Below, piece by piece: positions 50,123-61,300 of a stretch of 64,000 bases of DNA; the first letter of the stretch is position 1, and every line of letters begins with the position of its first letter. This DNA comes from Eledone cirrhosa (Eukaryota). Made by a program: the position numbers and the translations under genes. The notes beneath the pieces are model-generated. The model was given only the letters and a program-made list of their open reading frames with translations. It was not told the origin of the DNA and did not search any database. Where the stretch lies: contig OZ024753.1 in assembly GCA_964016885.1 (NCBI GenBank), forward strand, positions 38,316,001 to 38,380,000. Reading direction: 5' to 3'.

Positions 50123-53100
50123 CACACACACAATAACATTAAAACATGTTATGTTTACATAATTGTATTTATTACATTATACATATTTCAATGACACAGT
50201 TATTACATAATGGTTAAATCAGTAACTGGCACCCGTGTGACATCATCAGATGTTAGCTCTATTATGTGAAGTGGTTATGTTGTGATGTTGATATGACGTA
50301 AGCAAAGTTGTACCATCCTGTTGTAAATCCAGTGAACATGTCATCAGCTGTTATAATTTTTTGAGACAGAGATGGGAGTTGCCTGTAAAAGTGATTATTT
50401 ACATTATTAAAACTATCCATGTTTTAAAATGGAGCAATTTTTAATATATTGTTGTGAACATTTCATTATAGTAGTTTCAATATTGTTCTATCTCTCTCTA
50501 TAGTATGTAGGTATTGAACTGGTAGACCAGAATAGTGTTCTATCTCTCTCTATAGTATGTAGGTATTGAACTGGTAGACCAGAATAGTGTTCTATCTCTC
50601 TCTATAGTATGTAGGTATTGAACTGGTAGACCAGAATAGTGTTCTATCTCTCTCTATAGTATGTAGGTATTGAACTGGTAGACCAGAATAGTGTTCTATC
50701 TCTCTCTATAGTATGTAGGTATTGAACTGGTAGACCAGAATAGTGTTCTATCTCTACATTATGTAAGTGTTGCATTGGTAGAGTAGTAAGAATATTGTTC
50801 CATCTCTCTGAGCTCTTGAGTTCATATCCTGCTGAGTTAAAATTAAAAAAATAAAAACTATTTCAAATCCTTAGGCAGTGTCTTTCACTATAAATATGGT
50901 AATGAAGAGGTTAAGACCATTTCTATAGGGTCTTTCATGAGAAATATGGTCATCATTTTAAGATTAATCTCACAACGTGTCACTGTTTGAACTATCAAAG
51001 TACTTGTTAGCTTCTCTCTCTAACTTTTTTACACAGAAGTTTTATTTAAACTCTACACCTAAACACCCATTGTATCCATTTTTTAGAATTATACCGTGTT
51101 ATTTTCAAACTTCACATCTCTCTTCTGATATAATGCTTGAGCAAGTGTAGTTCATATGTTGATATTTCTTTATAAATTGCAGTATCTCTTCTATAAATGT
51201 TACTTCTTGGCATGCTCTTGTTATCGAATGAATGTGTGCTCCATAATAACTAAATTTTAAACATGTTCACTAACATACTGTTCAGTTTGCATGATCCATC
51301 TATATTCATTAACAACAATTCATTGGTAGATTACAACTTGCAGTATAATGTATTTTCCATGTGTGTGTATGTAAACTTTCTCAGGGTCCAAATGTTAGAT
51401 GGGTGGCATATCGTGTTCTTGAGCAAGGAGCTTTCTTTTGTGATAGGACTGGTGTCCCTATTGTTAAAACAGCTGAGAAACTTTCTATGAAATACAACTT
51501 TGTTGGAGGCCAGCTAAACCTACAAAGGTGTGTGCTGTAACAACATGCTAGGGTTGTGGCCCCTATTGTTAAAACTTGAGAAACCTCCTGTGAGGTACAA
51601 CCTCATAAGAAGCCAGCTAAATCATCAAAGGTGTGAGCTGTAACAACATGCTAGGGTTGGGGCCCCTATTGTTAAAACACCCAAGAAACATCCTGTGAGA
51701 TGTGACTTCATACTAGGCCAGCTAAACTTACATAAGTGTGAACTGTAACAACGTGAGAGAACTAGAGCCCTAATAGGTAAAACATGCAAGAAACCTCCTT
51801 GGGGATGCAACCATGTAGGAGGCCAGCTAAATCTAAAGGTGGGAACTGTAAATTTCATTTTTTCAATTGTATTTGAAAATGTATAAATTCTTTCTTTCAC
51901 TTTCTGTTTATAAAAAATAAAGTAATTCTAATAAATTGATTGCTTTTTTTTATTGTCTCAGAAATTAATTTTGATGAGTTCTTAACTATGTACAAGCACC
52001 TGTTTGAATATTGTAAAAAAGTTGTACTAAAGAGCCACACTTTGGAGGAGGGGAGCATTGGAGACATACCCGCTGTTAAAAATAACAAATTTCTTGCTGT
52101 AAATAATTCCACACAAAGAAGTTCGGACCATAAATTAGGAAATGGTTTTACTAAGGTAAAAAACAAACACAAAAAAAAAATATATATATATATTTCATTT
52201 TTGTTTCTTTTTTGGCTAAGGTAAAAATAATATATGTATTTTTTGTTTTATTTTTGCTTAGGTACAAAAAAAAATGTATTTTTGTTGTTTTGTTTTATTT
52301 GAGGTGAAAAACTATGTATATTTTAAAACATTTTGAAAGAAACTTTATACTACAGGTGAAGACAAATGACTTAGTGTTTAGGGTGTTGGACTCGTGATCA
52401 TAAGATAGTGGGTTCAGGGGCATATTGTGTTCTTGACCAGGACACTTTATTTTATAATAGCACTGGGGCCTCTATCAGTAAAACACCTGAGAAACCTCCT
52501 ATGCGATACAACCTTGTATGAGGCCAGCTAAACCTACATAGGTATCAGTTGTTTCATACTATAGGCTATTAGGAAGTGTTTCTTGAGTGATTGGCTAGCT
52601 GAATTTAATAATTGTTCAGAAATGACCAAGAAAAAAAAAACAGTGGAGGCAACTCTTATTAAATCAACTTAATTAACTCCCTTACATCAATATTTCCAAC
52701 TTTCGTGACAAACAGAAACAATGTAATATATTGCGTCATCGAGATGGTTATCTACAGTTCATCGATATATCTATCATCATCATTATTTTTACATCATCAC
52801 AGTCATTATGATGTTATAGTCATCGTCTTTTTCCATCGCCCTCTTACCTCCGTCCATATACGCCCTCCCTCCTTACATCCTTACGAGGGCGATAAAATAA
52901 AGTACCAGTAATGCACCAGAGTCGATTTAATCGACTTTGTCCTCTCCCAACATTGCTGGCCCTGTACCTTTAGTAGAAATCATCATTATTATTATTATTA
53001 TCATTTGTTTAATTATGGTGTTGTCACTACAACTGTACTACAGTATATCTAGGTACTCCACCTGGGTGTGTTTATGTCAATACAATATATAACTGTTTGT

Positions 53101-54282
53101 CTCCAGTTGTCTGTGATTTGTTGACTGAGTGTTAAATATGTCAGTGGTTTATTGGTTTTCTAACTCTATGCTAGCGTGGAAGATGGACGTTAAACGATGA
53201 TGATGATGATGATATTTACTTTCACTGGTTTCAGTCATTGGACTGTGGCCATTCTGGGGCATCGCCTTGAACGGGTTCAATTGATCATATTGACCCCGAT
53301 TAAATATTTTTCAAGACTGGTACTTGTTCATCATCATCATTGTTGTTTACTGTCTGCTTTACCTTTAGCAAGGGGCTACTGACCCCCCTATTTTATGTCT
53401 GAGAAATGGGCAAAAATCCAAACCCTGTTTATAAGCCGAGGCAGCTAATCAAGACATAAATATTAACCCCGAATATAAGCTGGTCCCCCGTTTTAACATC
53501 AATCTTTTGGTCACGTATTCCTCAGCTTATCATCATCATCTTCATTTTACGTCCGCTTTTCCCTGCTTGCAAGGGTGGGATGGGTCCTGTTCAGCACAGC
53601 ATCTCTCCACTTGTCATGGTACTTCGTCATCTCCTCCGTGAGCTTCAGTGATCTGAGGTCTGCTCTCACCACCTCCGCCCATGTTTTTCGTGGTCTTCCT
53701 CTACTGCGTCTTCCTTCTACTGGGATTTCTTGGCACTTCTTTACCCAGCGGTCATCCTCCATGCGCATCACATGTCCATACCATTCAGTCTGCTCTCCCA
53801 CACACCACAACTTATCCCTCTTATACACAGTTTCTCTCTCAACTCATCACATGTCCATACCATTTCAGTCTTCTCTCCCGCACATCACCACTTATCCCTC
53901 TTAAACACAGTTTCTCTCTCAACTCATCACACGTCCATACCATTTCAGTCTTCTCTCCCGCACATCACCACTTATCCCTCTTAAACACAGTTTCTCTCTC
54001 TCAACTCATCTATGCTTATATTCGAGTATATACAGTAATTATTTAAAAACAAGTAAAATGTAATTATAATATTTGTCTTCTATATCTCCGACAGCTTGAT
54101 AGTTCTGTGAACAGGAAAGCAGACTCTTTTAATTTACAATCTTCTGTGAAAGGCTCTGAGTCGAAACCCCTCAGACTACAGTTGGCGTCTGCAAACAGTT
54201 TGTTACCGGAAACTCCCGAGGAGGATCCTTTCTTCGACGATCCGTTCTTACCCACCTCCCCTGGACTGAAAGCATTTAGTCG
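41148..54282 (+). CDS. CEP43: Centrosomal protein 43 / FGFR1 oncogene partner (FOP) with an internal EF-hand-like pair; 3' end not found in window
   Basis: Exons 41148-41231, 43039-43092, 43886-43940, 44185-44273, 44860-45018, 45366-45422, 46079-46149, 46506-46567, 51962-52155, 54095-54282. All are GT-AG and phase-consistent (1013 nt). Contains ELREMLVHTLESNGTLAKIRAQLRASVFLALE (TON1/FOP N-terminal motif), NKAPLLNAKLKAFLNTKDG, LisH-like LVREFLEFFNMEFTEVVFDAET, and EDPFFDDP. Confidence 0.9.
41974..42053. mobile_element. Tc1/mariner-type MITE (76 bp)
   Basis: TA|CAGGGTGTCC..GGACACCCTG|TA; related copies at about 7262-7335 and 21777-21880. Confidence 0.75.
43039..43092 (+). CDS. CEP43: CEP43 exon 2
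   Basis: ctttag|AQLRASVFLALEKQEPSQ|gtaaat. Confidence 0.93.
43240..43800 (-). mobile_element. RTE RT fragment, tandemly duplicated and MITE-interrupted
   Basis: Minus strand reads HQDLALSPLLSIIVLQAITEEFKTG.PW, homologous to 56980-57100. Confidence 0.7.
43448..43627. mobile_element. piggyBac-type MITE (family A)
   Basis: TTAA|CCCTTTAGCATTT..AAATGCTAAAGGG|TTAA; an empty TTAA site is present in the neighbouring duplicate at 43341. Confidence 0.85.
43886..43940 (+). CDS. CEP43: CEP43 exon 3
   Basis: cttag|NKAPLLNAKLKAFLNTKD G|gtgagt. Confidence 0.93.
44185..44273 (+). CDS. CEP43: CEP43 exon 4 (LisH)
   Basis: HLAAVLVREFLEFFNMEFTEVVFDAETGV|gtatgg. Confidence 0.93.
44474..44682. mobile_element. 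piggyBac-type MITE (family A)
   Basis: TTAA TSD and CCCTTTAGCATTT TIRs. Confidence 0.85.
44860..45018 (+). CDS. CEP43: CEP43 exon 5
   Basis: ttctttcag|NFEKGQRNILLKDLHL..SPVLSQAIK..PN|gtaaga. Confidence 0.85.
45366..45422 (+). CDS. CEP43: CEP43 exon 6 (EF-hand entering helix)
   Basis: tttttcaag|GLPESCIAEAKRKFDMYDK|gtaaaa. Confidence 0.78.
46079..46149 (+). CDS. CEP43: CEP43 exon 7
   Basis: cattcaag|DHQQSVEKADVTNIFCELFPHFH R|gtgagt. Confidence 0.8.
46506..46567 (+). CDS. CEP43: CEP43 exon 8
   Basis: ttgtag|SILERFVQEECHNAEKGNNQ|gtaagt. Confidence 0.8.
48158..48357. mobile_element. piggyBac-type MITE (family A)
   Basis: TTAA|CCCTTTAGCATTTA..TAAATGCTAAAGGG|TTAA. Confidence 0.88.
48561..48773. 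mobile_element. piggyBac-type MITE (family A) nested in a SINE
   Basis: TTAA TSD and TIRs; interrupts GAGGTCAACTTTGCTTTCTATCCT..GGGTTGATAAAGTACC. Confidence 0.8.
50483..50760. repeat. 52 bp minisatellite, about 5 copies
   Basis: Unit TGTTCTATCTCTCTCTATAGTATGTAGGTATTGAACTGGTAGACCAGAATAG. Confidence 0.92.
51962..52155 (+). CDS. CEP43: CEP43 exon 9
   Basis: gtctcag|KINFDEFLTMYKHLFEYCKKVV..GFTK|gtaaaa. Confidence 0.8.
53530..54010 (-). mobile_element. RTE LINE 3' end with internal tandem duplications and (GAT)n tail
   Basis: WYGHVMRMEDDRWVKKC..GRRSRGRPRKTW; an approximately 76 bp segment is repeated three times. Confidence 0.85.
54095..54282 (+). CDS. CEP43: CEP43 exon 10
   Basis: ccgacag|LDSSVNRK..PEEDPFFDDPFLP..FS R|gtgagt. 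Confidence 0.85.
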
Positions 54283-55014
54283 GTGAGTGATTTTATGTCG
54301 TGGCTTTAGTGACGTCTTCGACCCTAGTTAAGCATCGTTTCGTTGTTTGTCTGTGTGTGTAATTGAAGTTTTCTTTTCATAACATGTAGTAGATACCGTG
54401 CACACGCACAAGTTCTACTAACCCAGAGCATGTAGATACCTCACACACAAGAGTTCCACTAATCAACATGTAGTATACTTCACACACAAAAGAGTTCCAC
54501 TAATCATTTAAATGTTGACATCTCATACTCAAACGAGTTCCACTAAATTATAGCATGTAGACACCTCACCTCAGACGCAAAAGAGTTCCATTAAACCATA
54601 CCATATAGTATATAACTCACACACACGAGAGCTCCACTAAACTATATCATATCATATATACACCTCACACACACAAAAGAGTTCTGTTAATCTCAGAAGC
54701 TGATACATGTAATATTTTTGTTATTTTTAAAATTTATTTACTGGTTTCAGTTGTTGAACTCTGGCCATGCTGGGGCATTGCCTTTAAGGGCTTTAGTCAA
54801 TCATATCGGCCACATTACTTACTTAAGAATTTTTTTTTCAAGTCCTGTACTTATTTTATCAATCTCTTTTTGTTGGACTGCAAAGTTACAGTACATCAAC
54901 AGATGGTCATACACTCAGACACATGCATTTACACATACATATATCATCATCATTATATATATATAACTGTAATTTTGTATTCCTATGTTTTGTTTTGTTT
55001 CATTTATTAACTAC

Positions 55015-55045
<31 letters not shown>

Positions 55046-55434
55046 TATATACTTGATGGGCTTCTGAACAGTTTCCATCTGCCAAATTTATTTCAATCAC
55101 AAATCATTGATCAGCCAAAGGCTACAGTACCATGTGGTGGGACCAGTGTTGGACCTACCTATAAGCTAAACAAGCTACAACTTAGGGCCACACACCCTCA
55201 AGGGCCTCATTTTGTAAATTATATTTTTATTTTTCTATGTGACAAATGGAATAAACCAAATAATCACGTCTAGTTATTTAACATTTGTTTTAGAGAAGGG
55301 CCTCGTATGAGGTCTCATCTCATAGGAGGTTTCTTGGGTGTTTTAATGATAGGGTCTCCAGTTTTATGTTGTTGTTGTTACAACTCCTAGCTCAGTAGAG
55401 TTAGCTGGCCTCACATGGTTGTATATCACTGAGT

Positions 55435-56320
55435 GTACACATACATTGTGGATACATACATACACAGATGTATATTGTGGATACATACATAAATACATTG
55501 TGGATATATATACACATACATAGTTATATGTATACATACATTGTGGATATATGCATACACATACATTGTGGATATATACATACATACATTGTGGATATAT
55601 GCATACACATACATACATTGTGGATATATACACACATACATTGTGGATATATACACACATACATTGTGGATATATACACACATACATTGTGGATATATAC
55701 ACACATACATTGTGGATATATACACACATACATTGTGAATATATACACACATATATTGTGGATATATACACACATACATTGTGGATATATATACACACAT
55801 ACATTGTGGATATATATACACATATATTGTGGATGTATACACACACACATTGTGGATGTATATACACATATATTGTGAATGTATACACACATATATTGTG
55901 GATATATACACACATACATTGTGGATATACACATATATTGTGGATATATACACACATATATTGTGGATATATACACACATATATTGTGGATATATACACA
56001 CACACATTGTGGATGTATACACACATACATTGTGGATATATACACACATATATTGTGGATATATACACACATGCATTGTGGATATATACACACATACATT
56101 GTGGATATATACACATATATTGTGGATATATACACACACACATTGTGGATGTATACACACATACATTGTGGATATATACACACACATATTGTGGATATAT
56201 ACACACATACATTGTGGATATACACACATATTGTGGATATATACACACATATATTGTGGATATATACACACATATATTGTGGATATATACACATATATTG
56301 TGGATATATACACACATATT
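55435..56320. repeat. Minisatellite of about 19-27 bp
   Basis: Unit ACACATACATTGTGGATATATAC with variable (AT)/(AC) runs. Confidence 0.95.
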
Positions 56321-56754
56321 ATTTTGTTACTATGAATAATACACAAGGGCCCAGACAAATCTTTTAGCCCGGGGACCACATGCAAGCTTGATCTCCCCTA
56401 CCCCCCTCCTGTGACCATGATCCACTCTGGAGTTGGTGGATTATTCTTTGATTTCAGAAATCCATTTGTCTCTATATTGATATTCCCATTAAAATCAATT
56501 TTCTATTTCTTTTAAAATATATTTAAAATAATAAAAATAAACAGTGTATCATCAAAGATTTAAAATTAATTTTATGTTTGTGTTTTATATAATTTTTTTT
56601 TTTGTAATAAATTTCCCCTTGAAAATATAAATATTTTTGTTTCTATATTTCGAAACTTTTTTATTTCCTTGTTTTTATTTTTGTTTATGTAATCAATAAA
56701 ATTCCAATATAGGATTAATATTTTTTTTTTAATGATTTACCTGCTGTATTAGTC

Positions 56755-56803
<49 letters not shown>

Positions 56804-56915
56804 TGATCATCGTTTAATGTCCGTTTTCCCACTAGCAAGGGTTGGACAAGTCGTGACTGATAAGTTAGTACTCAAGTAGAGCTACTGACCTCTGTGATAG
56901 AATATATATATATAT

Positions 56916-56947
<32 letters not shown>

Positions 56948-56949
56948 AT

Positions 56950-58010
56950 GAGAACAATGATGAATTTGAAGTGCAAGTGGGGGGTCCACCAAGGCTCAGT
57001 CCCCAGCCTACTTCTGTTTATCATTGTCCTTCAGGCAACCACTGAGAAGTTAAAAACTGGCACTCCTTGGGACCTTCTATATGCTGATAACCTGGTCCTT
57101 ATAGATGAATCCAAGGGAAGAGTTGGGGGCAACATTTCAAGCATGGAAGAAGAACCTCGATTTGAAAGGCCTAAAAGTAAACTTAGTAAAGGTGAAGACT
57201 TAATAAGTGGGAAAGAGGACAGGAGGGTGATACCATCAGAGAAGTGACCTTGTTCAATATGTCAGAAAGGGGTGGACAGAAATTCTATAAAGTGCACAGT
57301 TTTAATCTATGGACACACAAGAGATGTAGTGAAATTGTAGGCAGGTTAATGGAAAAGATAGCCCTTTTATGTGGTAGATACACAGGAGAAGTAAGCACCA
57401 AAAGCACATGTGAAATAGATTGCTACAGATGCCAAGCAGGATCCTTAGAAGTTGTTGACAACTTTTATTACCCAAGTGACATAATCAGCAGGGAGGGACG
57501 ATGTTCTGAAAGTGTGATAGCCAGGATCAGAACAGATTGGAAGAAGTTGAAAGAGCTGTTACCTTTGCTGACCACAAGTGGTTTCTCTCTTAGAGTGAAG
57601 AGTAAGTAGACTATGATGACTGTATATGAACTGCAGTGCTACATGGCAATGAAACATGGGCCTTGATCACAGAAGAGCTGTAAAGACTGGAAAGAAATAA
57701 AGAAGTAAAGCAAGTATGCTCTGATGGATGTGTAATGTTAGTGTGCATGAACTGAGAGAAGAACTTGACACTAGTTGAATTGGATGTTGTGTGCAAGAGA
57801 GAAGACTGCACTGGTATGGACATGTGATGTATATGGAAGATAGCAGCTGCATAAAGAAATACAGAGAAATTCCAGTGACTGGGACCTGTGGGAGAATCAG
57901 ACCCAGGGAGAGACAAGGCAAGGTAGTGAAGACCAACTTTAAGAAACTAAGTCCCACAACTGAGATGACGAAGGACCACAAGGGCTGGGGCTATGCTGTG
58001 ATGATGAAGA
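56950..58010 (+). mobile_element. Decayed RTE-clade LINE (reverse transcriptase to 3' end)
   Basis: GVHQGSVPSLLLFIIVLQA..PWDLLYADNLVLI, WTHKRCS and RRLHWYGHV, interrupted by frameshifts and stops. Confidence 0.85.
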
Positions 58011-58309
58011 CCCAGCCACATACATACTCTGTAACCTGACCCATCTACACTCTCCAGCAACTATTCTCACCACTACTGCACTCTCCCAATCATGCCTCCT
58101 CCAGTACAATTCCTTAACTGCTCCCTCACTATTGCACCCTAGTAGCTACTCTTTACCCCCCTCCGTGTGTCTCCTCCACTACCTCCCCCCATAGCTAGTT
58201 CTCCATCTCTACCCCCCCCCATATACTATCAGTCACACCTCCTTATCACGCTGTCAAATCACCACACTCCCCATGCACCTACGGTTTCATACCTATCACC
58301 ACTATTACC

Positions 58310-61300
58310 ACCCACCACTACCATCACTACCACCACCACAACCAACACTGCCTCCACCACAACCAACACTGCCTCCACCACCACCACCACAACCAACACT
58401 GCCTCCACCACAACCAACACTGCCTCCACCACAACCAACACTGCCTCCACCACAACCAACACTGCCTCCACCACCAACGCTACCATCACTACCACAACCA
58501 CAACCAACACTGCCTCCACCACCACCGCTACCATCACTACCACAACCACAACCAACACTGCCTCCACCACCAACGCTACCATCACTACCACAACCACCAC
58601 CAACGCTACCATCACTGCCTCCACCACCAGCGCTACCATCACTACCGCCACCACCACAACTAACACTACCACCACCATTACTATAACCTTCACCACCACA
58701 ACTAACACTACCATCACTACCACCACCATTACCATAACCTCCACCACCACAACTAACACTACCATCACTACCACCACCATCACCATAACCTCCACCACCA
58801 AATGTACCATCACTACCACTACCAACACCACCTGCTCCCACTACCACCATCACAGCAACAACAACACCACCACTACTACCACAACCAACACTACCATCAC
58901 TACCACTATCACCACAACCTCCACCACCAACGCTACTATCATTAGCACAACCAACACCATCATCACAGCAACAACAACACCACCACTACTACCACAACCA
59001 ACACTACCATCACTACCACTATCACCACAACCTCCACCACCAACGCTACTATCACTAGCACAACCAACACCATCATCACAGCAACAACAACACCACCACT
59101 ACTACCACAACCAACACTACCATCACTACCACTATCACCACAACCTCCACCACCAACGCTACTATCACTAGCACAACCAACACCATCATCACAGCAACAA
59201 CACCACCACCACTACTACCACAACCAACACTACCATCACTACCACTATCACCACAACCTCCACCACCAACGCTACTATCACTAGCACAACCAACACCATC
59301 ATCACAGCAACAACACCACCACCACTACTACCACAACCAACACTACCATCACTACCACTATCACCACAACCTCCACCACCAACGCTACTATCACTAGCAC
59401 AACCAACACCATCATCACAGCAGCAACAACACCACCACCACTACTACCACAACCAACACTACCATCACTACCACTATCACCACAACCTCCACCACCAACG
59501 CTACTATCACTAGCACAACCAACACCATCATCACAGCAGCAACAACACCACCACCACTACTACCACAACCAACACTACCATCACTACCACTATCACCACA
59601 ACCTCCACCACCAACGCTACTATCACTAGCACAACCAACACCATCATCACAGCAGCAACAACACCACCACCACTACTACCACAACCAACACTACCATCAC
59701 TACCACTATCACCACAACCTCCACCACCAACGCTACTATCACTAGCACAACCAACACCATCATCACAGCAGCAACAACACCACCACCACTACTACCACAA
59801 CCAACACTACCATCACTACCACTATCACCACAACCTCCACCACCAACGCTACTATCACTAGCACAACCAACACCATCATCACAGCAGCAACAACACCACC
59901 ACCACTACTACCACAACCAACACTACCATCACTACTACTATCACCACAACCTCCACCACCAACGCTACTATCACTAGCACAACCAACACCATCATCACAG
60001 CAGCAACAACACCACCACCACTACTACCACAACCAACACTACCATCACTACCACTATCACCACAACCTCCATCACCAACGCTACTATCACTAGCACAACC
60101 AACACCATCATCACAGCAGCAACAACACCACCACCACTACTACCACAACCAACACTACCATCACTACCACTATCACCACAACCTCCACCACCAACGCTAC
60201 TATCACTAGCACAACCAACACCATCATCACAGCAACAACACCACCACCACTACTACCACAACCAACACTACCATCACTACCACTATCACCACAACCTCCA
60301 CCACCAACGCTACTATCACTAGCACAACCAACACCATCATCACAGCAGCAACAACACCACCACCACTACTACCACAACCAACACTACCATCACTACCACT
60401 ATCACCACAACCTCCACCACCAACGCTACTATCACTAGCACAACCAACACCATCATCACAGCAACAACACCACCACCACTACTACCACAACCAACACTAC
60501 CATCACTACCACTATCACCACAACCTCCACCACCAACGCTACTATCACTAGCACAACCAACACCATCATCACAGCAGCAACAACACCACCACCACTACTA
60601 CCACAACCAACACTACCATCACTACCACTATCACCACAACCTCCACCACCAACGCTACTATCACTAGCACAACCAACACCATCATCACAGCAACAACACC
60701 ACCACCACTACTACCACAACCAACACTACCATCACTACCACTATCACCACAACCTCCACCACCAACGCTACTATCACTAGCACAACCAACACCATCATCA
60801 CAGCAGCAACAACACCACCACCACTACTACCACAACCAACACTACCATCACTACCACTATCACCACAACCTCCACCACCAACGCTACTATCACTAGCACA
60901 ACCAACACCATCATCACAGCAACAACACCACCACCACTACTACCACAACCAACACTACCATCACTACCACTATCACCACAACCTCCACCACCAACGCTAC
61001 TATCACTAGCACAACCAACACCATCATCACAGCAGCAACAACACCACCACCACTACTACCACAACCAACACTACCATCACTACTACTATCACCACAACCT
61101 CCACCACCAACGCTACTATCACTAGCACAACCAACACCATCATCACAGCAGCAACAACACCACCACCACTACTACCACAACCAACACTACCATCACTACC
61201 ACTATCACCACAACCTCCACCACCAACGCTACTATCACTAGCACAACCAACACCATCATCACAGCAGCAACAACAACACCACCACCACTACTACCACAAC

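Noticed and set aside
50200-50400. Unique-looking sequence in the long CEP43 intron (miRNA or extra exon)
   Set aside because: No convincing hairpin, recognisable miRNA or frame-preserving exon found by eye.
55364-56385. Multiple long Cys/Tyr/Ile/His ORFs on both strands
   Set aside because: Stop-free minisatellite, open in nearly all frames.
56857-56889. CTGATAA followed by a hairpin (half hammerhead)
   Set aside because: No GAAA or helix III follows; at most a truncated remnant.
58167-59171. 334 aa Thr/Pro-rich mucin-like ORF and its antisense Val/Gly ORFs
   Set aside because: Product of triplet-derived satellite; the 113/116 bp unit shifts frame and contains TAG; no splice support seen.
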